From an uncultured virus (IMG/VR IMGVR_UViG_3300002773_000047) (Duplodnaviria > Heunggongvirae > Uroviricota > Caudoviricetes), in the IMG/VR virus record IMGVR_UViG_3300002773_000047: a stretch of 20,000 nt of DNA. The stretch is one strand, 5' to 3'. How positions within the stretch are numbered: position 1 is the stretch's first letter; the number at the start of each line of letters is the position of its first letter. A model generated the notes under the pieces. The model ran no database searches. It was not told the origin of the DNA and worked only from the letters and a program-made list of their open reading frames with translations. Shown here piece by piece: positions 1 to 9,100 of the stretch. Both the position numbers and the translations under genes were made by a program.

Positions 1-294
1 GCGGTGGTGGCTGACGCCGAGATGCAGTCGCGCTTCGCCGACATGAATACCCGGACCAACATCGCCTACGCGCAGATGCAGATTAGCGAGTACACCGCCC
101 GCATGCAGAACGCGGTGCAGCAAGCTCAGATCGCGCTGGAAGCCGCCAAGGCGCTGGGCCAGTACACCGCGCAGCTCGCGGCGGGTGCGATGTCGGCGAT
201 GCATGTGTCCGCAGGCATCACTGGGCAGGGATCGGCGTCGACGCAGGAAAACAAGAGCACCAGCACCCAGACCAGCTACAACTACAGCTACTGA
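1..294 (+). CDS. 3' end of a putative phage virion/structural protein (5' truncated by window edge)
   Basis: Frame open from base 1 to TGA at 292-294; strong GC3 bias; Ala/Gln-rich helical sequence ending STSTQTSYNYSY; same orientation as the downstream phage late genes. Confidence 0.7.
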   Translation, partial: AVVADAEMQSRFADMNTRTNIAYAQMQISEYTARMQNAVQQAQIALEAAKALGQYTAQLAAGAMSAMHVSAGITGQGSASTQENKSTSTQTSYNYSY

Positions 295-301
295 CCTGAA
301 T

Positions 302-970
302 TCAGGGGCACTGGAGTCGATCCCCGATCTTCTGGCAAACGCGGCCACTCGGGTCCGTGAAGTAGGGGGAATTCCCCTGCTGCCAATTGATGCCCCCTTG
401 GTTGTCGTAACACGCTCCGCCGCGGCAGTCAGTGATGATGCGCGGCGCTTCGGGCGGCTGGGTGTTGGGAGTGGGGTGCGGCGGGCTAGGCGTGCGGTCA
501 GCCACCGCTCGCGCGCGAGTCGCAGCAATGTTCGTTCCGCACGCGGCATCAACTTTCAGTTCTGCGGACCTCACAGGAGCCGAGGCAGGGCCCGGGTGAT
601 TTCCGCGAGCAACCTCCAACTTCACCTTGCTCGTGGCAAGGTCAAGGTCGCGCTGCGCCGCGCGGCACTTTGCCTCGTCGACGGCGGCACCCGGGCCACC
701 AGCTGTGCGGCCGCCGCTGCCTCCGATGATTGTTGCTCCCGGTGCTGGTTGATCGCGTCGCTGATCGTCGTCACGCATCCGCGCGGCGGTATTGCGCTCT
801 GTTGATGCGTCGAGCACGTTGGCCGTGGTGTTCACGCGCGAATCGGCGGCGCCGGCCGGACAGGGGCCGTCACCGTATGTGACCTTCCCGTTCGGCAGGG
901 TGCACTTCGTGACCTGCGCTGAAGCACAGCATGAGGCCAGGACCAGGGCCAAAAAGACGAACCGTTTCAT
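302..970 (-). CDS. DUF4124-like exported protein, 222 aa (accessory/moron gene)
   Basis: ATG at 970 preceded by GGAGGT; signal-peptide-like MKRFVFLALVLASCCASA followed by QVTKCTLPNGKVTYGDGPCP, typical of DUF4124 N-termini; Cys-paired C-terminal domain. Confidence 0.75.
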   Translation of the reverse strand: MKRFVFLALVLASCCASAQVTKCTLPNGKVTYGDGPCPAGAADSRVNTTANVLDASTERNTAARMRDDDQRRDQPAPGATIIGGSGGRTAGGPGAAVDEAKCRAAQRDLDLATSKVKLEVARGNHPGPASAPVRSAELKVDAACGTNIAATRARAVADRTPSPPHPTPNTQPPEAPRIITDCRGGACYDNQGGINWQQGNSPYFTDPSGRVCQKIGDRLQCP

Positions 971-1007
971 GTCGCCCACCTCCAATTTTTGCGAAATGTT
1001 ACTCGCA

Positions 1008-1048
1008 CCCCCGTGGGGTTCGACTGGCGCGCCGGCTCTCCGAAAAAT
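1008..1048 (+). promoter_or_regulatory. Phage late-promoter-like motif, copy 1
   Basis: CCCCCGTGGGGTTCGAC (1008-1024); TCGACT -35-like, 17-nt spacer, AAAAAT -10-like (1043-1048); same architecture at 3119 and 16724. Confidence 0.7.
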
Positions 1049-1077
1049 GGCGCGCATCGAGATCGAGAGGTAGACCC

Positions 1078-3096
1078 ATGCACGGCTTCAAACCCGCCCC
1101 CAAGCGCGCCCATGCGCAACACCTTGCCGAGGGAGGCCTTGTGCGCGGCTTGGTGCGCAAAGTGATGGGCATTCCCGAGCCCTCAGACACGGGCGCCGCG
1201 GCGCCGGCGGCCACACCAGCTGCGCCGCCTCCCGCGCCAGCGCCGGCCCCCGAGAAGGCGATCACCCAGTACGCGGGCATGGGCGCCACCGAGCGTCGCA
1301 TGAAGGCCATGGGCCTGAAAGACGGTGGGCCGGTGCGTGGGCCAGGCACCGGCACCTCCGACAGCATCGAAACCGAGGTTCGACCGGGCAGCTACATCAT
1401 GCCGGCGGACTCCACCGAGCAGCTTGGCGAGGACGGCGTGGCCGCATTGGGCTTCAGCCCGGAGAAGGTGCCGGTGAACCTGAGCAACGGCGAATACCAA
1501 CTGCCGCCCGAGCAGGTACATGCTGTCGGCGTGGAGGCGCTCGACGCGATCAAGGACGCTACCCATGCATCGGCCCCAGGCCCGCGCGGTTTCGCGCCGA
1601 GCGCGGCCGAACCGCCGGTATTCTTCGCCGACGGTGGGCTGGTTGATGAAGATCCCCGTAAGGCGCGCAACCCGCCATCCGCTGCTTCACTGGATGTCAG
1701 CGCCAGCATCCCTGCGCCCTTGCCGATGCTGACGGCCTCGCTGCCGCCCAGTCCGCAGGCGCTGCAGCTGGCCGCCAACGAGAGGGCTGCAGCCACGCCC
1801 GCACCGGCGCCCTCATCGCAGACGAGCCCACTGGCCCAGACCCAAGGGGCTGCATTCGGCGTATTCAGGCGTGAGCCGACGGCGGGGACGCGAGGCGGCA
1901 TGATGCAGCCCTACGTTGCAACCGGCCCCGCGTCGTTCGAGCCAGCAAAGGTGCAGGAGGGCACAGGACGGCTCGATGCATTCAACGATCCGCGCTCGAC
2001 GTTGTTCAAGGGCGAGGCTGATGCGGCACCTGCGCCGACCAGCCGGGGATTCGCCGGTGTGGGCGAAGGCTGGGGCAGTGGCGCGAAGCCTGTGGCAACG
2101 ACCGTCGCCCCGGCAGCGGCGCCTGCAGTACGCCCGACTGCCGCGCCTGTAGCTGCGCCGATCGCACCTGCTATCTCGAACGATGCGCCCGCGAGCGCGG
2201 CGGCAACGGCCGCGAGCCAGGTCATGCCGGGCGTGTTCAGGCAGGGCAACAGCTACGGCGACTCGCCGGCCGCTGCCGCGGCGGGCTTCGCGCCACGCTC
2301 GGCGCCGAGCGCGCAGAACATGGCTGCGGCCGACGCGCTCGAGGCGCGTGGCATCGCAGAGCGAGCCGGTGAGCGGGCTGCTGTAGCTGGAGGCTCGGCA
2401 GCTGGGTTCGCACCTGGTAACGGCCTGACGGTGATCGGAGACGACACCCACGCGGATCGTGTGCGCCGGAGCGCGTTCGGCGCGGCGAGCACGCCGTACC
2501 GAGGATCGCCAAACGGACAGCTCACAGCCAACCAGGTGCGTGTGCTGGCCGGCATGGACGAGGCAAACGGTCGAAACGCGCTCCAGCGCGACACCACCGC
2601 CGCGAACAATGCCGCTTCGCTGGAGCGCGAAGCGATCCAGCAGGCTGGCGCATCCGGCCGGACAGCGGTGCAGGAGGCGGGCGCCAATGTTCGCGCGGGC
2701 GCTACCAACGATGTGCAGCGTGGCGAACTGGCCCTGCGGCAGGAGGCACAGGGGTTTCAAACTCGCGGCGCCCAGCGCGTGGAGAAGCTGTACGAGCAGT
2801 ACGAGAAGGCCAAGCCCGAGGAGCGGGCGGCCATCGCAGAGCAGATCCGCACGATGACGGGCAAGGAGCACCCGAGCCGCTTCACCGTGGTGCCCGGCGG
2901 GCAGGAAATCGACCCGACCACCCAGCAATCCGTCACGAGGCCGGCGCGCGTCTTCAACAACCAGACCGGACAGTTCGTCGAGCAGGGTCAGGCGCCGCGA
3001 GCAGGCCTCCCTCCGGGGATGACCCGACAGGTTGGCACGTCCAACGGGAAGCCGGTCTACGAGGATGCACAGGGCAAACGGTTCATCGGCGGCTGA
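1078..3096 (+). CDS. Ala/Pro-rich phage protein, 672 aa, putative internal virion/ejection protein
   Basis: ATG 1078 with GAGAGG at 1065-1070; contains DGGPVRGPGTGTSDSI and FADGG motifs familiar from phage tape-measure/internal virion proteins; directly upstream of the giant virion gene. Confidence 0.75.
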   Translation: MHGFKPAPKRAHAQHLAEGGLVRGLVRKVMGIPEPSDTGAAAPAATPAAPPPAPAPAPEKAITQYAGMGATERRMKAMGLKDGGPVRGPGTGTSDSIETEVRPGSYIMPADSTEQLGEDGVAALGFSPEKVPVNLSNGEYQLPPEQVHAVGVEALDAIKDATHASAPGPRGFAPSAAEPPVFFADGGLVDEDPRKARNPPSAASLDVSASIPAPLPMLTASLPPSPQALQLAANERAAATPAPAPSSQTSPLAQTQGAAFGVFRREPTAGTRGGMMQPYVATGPASFEPAKVQEGTGRLDAFNDPRSTLFKGEADAAPAPTSRGFAGVGEGWGSGAKPVATTVAPAAAPAVRPTAAPVAAPIAPAISNDAPASAAATAASQVMPGVFRQGNSYGDSPAAAAAGFAPRSAPSAQNMAAADALEARGIAERAGERAAVAGGSAAGFAPGNGLTVIGDDTHADRVRRSAFGAASTPYRGSPNGQLTANQVRVLAGMDEANGRNALQRDTTAANNAASLEREAIQQAGASGRTAVQEAGANVRAGATNDVQRGELALRQEAQGFQTRGAQRVEKLYEQYEKAKPEERAAIAEQIRTMTGKEHPSRFTVVPGGQEIDPTTQQSVTRPARVFNNQTGQFVEQGQAPRAGLPPGMTRQVGTSNGKPVYEDAQGKRFIGG

Positions 3097-3118
3097 TGAC
3101 AGGGCGCTGCAGAGCGCT

Positions 3119-3159
3119 CCCCTGTAGGGTTCGACGCACAGAGCGCCCGTCGGAAGACT
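3119..3159 (+). promoter_or_regulatory. Phage late-promoter-like motif, copy 2
   Basis: CCCCTGTAGGGTTCGAC (3119-3135); TCGACG, 17-nt spacer, AAGACT (3154-3159); ATG of the giant gene 7 nt downstream with no clear Shine-Dalgarno. Confidence 0.7.
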
Positions 3160-3165
3160 GGCGCA

Positions 3166-6100
3166 ATGGCTGGCGAAACTCTCAAGCCCTTCGACGGGCA
3201 ACTCGATACCACACCGCACAACCTCACCCCGTTCGCGGGTGAGCTCGATCCGCCCGATGCAAAGCGCACCGTGCTCGGCACCGCAAAGGATGTCGGGGTC
3301 ACGGCGCTGAAGGGCGCGGTCGGCTTGCCGCAGAGCTTCGTCGGCCTGGCCGACATCGTGACGGGTGGCCGCGCTGGCAAAGCTCTGGAGCAGGCTGGAG
3401 TCGGCTTCGAGGAGACACAGAAGTTCCTCGACGACCAGTACTCCGACGCACAGAAGGCCGCCAATCGCAAGGTGCAGGCAGCCGATGGCTTCGTCGATAC
3501 GGCCAAGACCATGCTGGAGAACCCCAGCACCATCGCTACCAGCGTGGGCGAGTCGATCCCGCAGATGCTCGGCGGCGCAGGTGTGGCGCGCGGTCTGCTC
3601 AAGGTCGCACCCAAGGTGGCGCCTGCCATCGCTGGTGCCATCGGCGAGGGCGTGCTGGGCGCCGGCTCGCAAGCAGAGCAGATCCGCCAAGAGACGCAAG
3701 ACGGGTTGCTCACGCCGAAACAGGCGGCCTTGTCCGCCGCGACCGGCGCTGCGACTGCCGGCTTCGGTGCGCTCGGCGGCCGGCTCGCGCAGCGGCTCGG
3801 TATCGGTGACGCCGACACGATGCTGGCGCAGGGTGCAATCCATGGCGCCGGGCCGGCTTCTCAGCGCTCACTCGCGCGCCAGGTCGGCGCAGGCATCCTG
3901 TCCGAGGGCGTGCTCGAAGAGCTGCCGCAGTCGATGTCCGAGCAGGCGCTGCAGAACCTCGCGCTGGACAAGCCCGTCGGAGAAGGTGTCGGCAAGGCCG
4001 CCGCCGCCGGGTTGCTCGCAGGCGGTGCCATGGGCGGCGGTGCCGCGCTGTTGCACGGCGCGACTGGTCAGCATGCCCCGAATCGGGCGGAGCCCGGTAG
4101 CGCGGAGCGCGTGCCCGGCGAGCAGCTCTCGCTGTTGCCGGTGGACGAAGCTCCGGCAGCCGCGGCGGCGAACGAGCTGCCCGCCGTTGCGGGCGGCCTG
4201 GCCAGCGTGCAGCGCACCTTCGATCCGCGCGACCCGGCCAGCCGGCCGCCGCTGGATGTGATGCCCACGGCCCCCACCGATGGAGTGGAGTTCGAGGCGG
4301 CGCCACAGGGCGCACGCGAGTTCAGCACGGGCAACCTTTCGCTCGCTGATGAAGCGCAGCCCGTGCGCCCCTCCGAAAAGATGGGGCTGGACCCTGCTGC
4401 AGGCCCGCTGTCCACTGCCGCCGCGATGGCGGTGGATGGTGGCGCGCACGACGTGATGAACGCGGCCGCTCAACTCGCCGCTCAGACCGAAGCCGCCGAC
4501 GGCAAGGGCACGAAGCCGGCAGCAGCTTCTCCGGCACCCGCCAGTGTGCCGATGGCGAACGTCAACGCCGAAACCGGCGAGATCTCCGGACAACCGCAAG
4601 ACCGAGAGGCCGAACTGCGGGCACGCCTGGAGTTCGTGCGCCAACAGGCCGCGTCGAACGGCTGGGACCAGCGCCTGATCGCCGAGCGCGACAGCGCGCG
4701 AGCTGAACTGGCCGCACTTGCGCCCGCTGCCGCAGCGCCGACCAGCGTGCAGGAGGGCATCGCTCAAGCGCGCGCCCGCCGCGCAGCGCCCGAATCCGCA
4801 CCGCAACCCAAAGGAGAAGCCCTTGGCACTCAAGCCGACCAAGCCCAGCAAGCAGGCACGCAACAAGCGCCGGCAGGAACAGAAGCGCCAGCAGCTGAGC
4901 CAATCGCGTCCGCCACAACGCTGACGCCCGCGCCGGCAGCACCGGCTGTATCGAACGCGAAGCGCGAGAAGGCGGTGCGCCGCGTGGAAGAAGGGCGCGC
5001 ATGGTTCTTGTCCCGCGACAAGGCGCTGTCCTTCGTGGACACGTCGGGCCTCGCGGACACGCACGAAGTGGTGCCGGACAACCGCCGTTTCGTTGTGCAG
5101 GCCAAGGCCGAACAGCCGGCACAGGATGCGCAGCCGCAAACCGCTGCGCCGGCCGATCAGCTGGCGGACTTGCGCCGCCGACGCGCCGAGGCCGAGCCGG
5201 GCACGCCCCTGCGCCGCGACATCGATAACGACATCGCGGCGTTGGAGCGCGAACAGCAGCAAGCAGTTCGCCGGCCTGAAGCGGTAGCGCCGGTGGATGC
5301 TGCGGCGAACGAAGCCGCCACCAGCCCGCAGAACGACCTGCCCGAGCCTAGTCAGGCCCAGAAAGAGGCGGGCAACTACAAGATGGGCCACCTGTCCGGT
5401 GACGAGGTACAGGGCCTGCGCATCAGCGTGGAGAACCCGCACGGCAGCACGCGCAGCGGCACCTCGCCGGACGGGACCGAGTGGAGCAACACGATGGCCG
5501 CACACTACGGCTACGTGAAGGGCTCCGAGGCAGCAGACGGCGACCACGTGGATGTGTTCGTCGGGCCGGCAGCCGCGACAGCACCGACGGTCTACGTGGT
5601 GGACCAGATCAACGCGGATGGCTCCTACGACGAGGCCAAGGCGCTGATGGGGTTCAACAGCGAAGCCGAGGCCTTGGCCGCCTACAAGGGGAGCTACAAC
5701 AAGGGCTGGAAGGTCGGTCCGGTCACCGCGATGTCGATGGACGACTTCAAGGCTGCGCTCGCGGACGGGCGCCTGAAGAAGCCGCTCTCGCCCACATTGA
5801 GCGAGCCCGTGCGCGAATCCTCGCCCGCTCCAGCAGCGCAGCGCGCTACGACGATGGAGACGGCGCGCACCGCGCTGGCTTCGTACTTCGATTGGTATCT
5901 CAGCCGCAATCCGAAGGCATCCCGCCCGATGGGCGGGATCTATCAGGGCAACAGCTTCACGCTCGACGCCGGCGGCGCGCCATTCACGAAGGCGGGCCAG
6001 GTACAGGTGAACGGCTTTAAGGAACTGACCTTCAACTACACGGCCGCGTGGAAAGAGGCTCAGTCGCGCGCCGCCGCAGCAGCGCCGGCCGCCGCCCCGA

Positions 6101-9100
6101 TTGCTGCTACCAAAGCAGGAGACGAAAATGGACGAAATGCAGGAACTGTACCGACCGAACGACTACCCGCCGCCGATCAAGGAAGCGATGCGCGCGATGC
6201 CGGCGCTGGCGACCGAGATCGCCAACCGGTGGATGCTCGGGTGGCCGAAGCGGGTGAAGGCGCTGATCGAGGCGAGCGAGTTCCTGCCGGCGCTGAAGGA
6301 GCAGGAGGAGGCCGAGCGGAGAGCGTACAGCGACTCCGGGAATCGGCACCTGGCGAGGCACGAGATAGCCGAGCTGTACGGCCTGAGCGACAGTCCGCCG
6401 ACGCTGTAGCCGACCCGGCGACCGCCGAGGCCTCGCCAAAGCCCGAGCTCGACCAGTCGGGCGACCACACGCTGGATGCCGACGATATCGGCAAGGGTGG
6501 GCTCACCAAGAAGTACCGCGACAACATCGCTGCCATCCGCATCCTGAAGGCGCTCGCCAGCGAGAGCCGCAAGGCCACCCCGGAGGAGCGCAAGCAGATC
6601 GCGCGCTACGTCGGCTGGGGTGCGCTGAAGGGCGTGTTCGACCCGCAGAACAAGCAGTGGGCCAAGGAATTCGCCGAGCTGCGCGAGTTGTTGACCGATG
6701 CCGAGTACAAGGCCGCTCGCGCGTCGATGCTGAACGCGCACTACACGGCGCCGGTGGTGGTCAACGGCATCTACGATGCGCTCGAGCGCATGGGGTTCAC
6801 CGCTGGCCGCATTCTCGAACCGGCGGTGGGAACCGGCAACTTCTTCGGCCTGATGCCCGCGAGCATGCGCAAGCGCTCGCAGCTGCATGGCGTGGAGCTG
6901 GACCCGCTCACCAGCCAGATCGCGGCGGCGCTGTATCCGAGCGCCAAGGTGGCGCGGGCCACCGCGTTCCAGGACTTCCAGGCCCCGTCCGAGTACTTCG
7001 ACCTGGCGGTGGGCAATCCGCCATTCGGCTCGGAGCCCATCGTCGATGACGACCGCTCGCCGTATTCGGGTTTCTCGATCCACAACTACTTCTTCGCCAA
7101 GAGCATCGACAAGCTGCGCCCCGGTGGCCTGCTGACGATGGTGGTGTCGCACAACTTCCTTGACGCCAAGAACGAAGCAGCACGGCAGTGGATCGCCGAT
7201 CGGGCCAACCTGGTGGCAGCGGTCCGGCTGCCGCGAACCGTGTTCAAGGAGAACGCCGGCACCGACGTGGTGACCGACATCGTGGTGCTCCAGAAGAAAA
7301 CGGAATCCGAGCGCGCGAGCGGATTGGGCGATGCGGCGTGGGTGAAGGCCGGCCAGCAGACCCTGACCAACCCGAAGACCGGCGAGGCGACGCAGCACAA
7401 CGTCAGCAGCTACTTCCTGACCAATCCCGATGCGGTGCTGGGCACGCCGGCGGCGGCCGGCGGGATGTATCGCCTGGGCGAGTACACCGTGGAGCCCTCC
7501 GGCGATCTGGCGCAACAGCTGAAGGCATGGGCCACCGCGCTCCCGGAAGACCTCTATCAGCCTGTGGAGCGCACGCACGAGCAGGAAGCTGCCGACGTGG
7601 TGGTGCCTGACGGTGTGAAGGTTGGTTCGTTCTACGTGGACGACAGCGGCCGCGTGCAGATGCGCGGCCCGGATTCGCTGGGCAATCGAACGGCAGAGCC
7701 GTGGACGCCGCCCAACGCGAAGGCTGCCGAGCGCATGAAGGGGATGGTTGGCCTGCGCGACGCGCTGCGAGCACAGATGCGCCTGGAGCGCTCCCCGGAC
7801 TCTACCGACGGACAGATCGAGCAGCACCGCCGCGAGTTGAATCGCCTCTATGACGGGTTCCAGAGCAAGTACGGCTACCTGAACGACCCGACCAACCGCC
7901 GCATCTTCCTGGACGACACCGAGTCGGCCCTGGTGCTGGCGCTGGAGTTCGACTACGACCGTGGCGTGAGCAAGGCGGTGGCCGAGCGCGAGGACATCGA
8001 GCCGCGTGCGCCCAAGGCAATCAAGGCCGACATCTTCGCGCGGCGCGTGATGTTCCCGCCCGCGGACAACATCAAGGTGAGCAACGCCAAGGACGCGCTG
8101 CTGGCCAGCCTGAACTACAAGGGCCGGCTGGATGCCGACTACATGGCGACGCTGTACGACAAGTCACCGGCCCAGATCGTGTCGGAACTTGGTGACGTGG
8201 TGTATGCCGACCCGGTGAACGGGCTCGTGATGGCCGACGAATATCTGTCGGGCGACGTGAAGACGAAGCTGGCCGAAGCAGAGGCCGCCGCGCGTGACGA
8301 CCCGGCGCTTCGCCGCAACGTGGAGGCCCTGCGCAAGGTCATTCCGGCCGACAAGCGGCCGAGCGAGATCCACGCGGCCATGGGCGCGGCTTTCATACCG
8401 TCGGAACTATTCCAGCAATTCGCCAAGGAAGTGACCGGCGCCGACGCGCGCGTCACCTACCTGCGCGCCACCGGTCAATGGCTGGTGGACTACACGTCCC
8501 AGCCCAACCCGGCGCTCAACACGGCGAAGTGGGGCATTGGCAGGATGACCGCGCAGAACATCTTCATGCGCACGATGGCCGGCCAGGGCGTGGTGGTCAC
8601 GGACACCATCCGCGACCCGAACGGTGGTACCCGCACCGTGGTGCTGGAGAAGGAAACGGAGGCCGCGCGCGAGAAGCAGGCCGCGATGAAGGCCGAATGG
8701 CAGCGCTGGCTGTGGAGCGACCCTGAGCGCGCCGACCGTGTGGCGGGCATCTACAACGACAAGATGAACCGCATCGTGGTGCGGCGCTTCGATGGCTCGC
8801 ATATGACCTTCCCGGGCATGTCGCCCGCGATGGAGTTGCTGCCGCACCAGAAAGATGCCGTATGGCGCGCGCTTCAGCAGCGCCAGATCCTGCTGGATCA
8901 CGTCGTCGGTGCTGGCAAGACCTTCGAGGTTGTGGCTGCCATCATGGAAATGCGCCGGCTGGGCATTGCGCGCAAGCCGATCGTCACGGTGCCCAACCAC
9001 CTCACCCTGCAGTGGCGCAGCGAGTTCTCGCGCCTCTACCCGGCGGCCAACGTGCTGGCGGCCACGCCCGACGACTTCACCAAGGGCAATCGGGAGAAGT

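Noticed and set aside
295..306. Palindrome CCTGAATTCAGG, similar to CCTGAATCAG at 16289-16298, at both convergent gene junctions
   Set aside because: Largely explained by facing TGA/TCA stop codons; too short to claim a recombination site.
931..1077. Upstream extensions of the 672-aa ORF (931) and DUF4124 ORF (1057)
   Set aside because: They overlap each other and the promoter motif; better SD-led starts exist at 1078 and 970.
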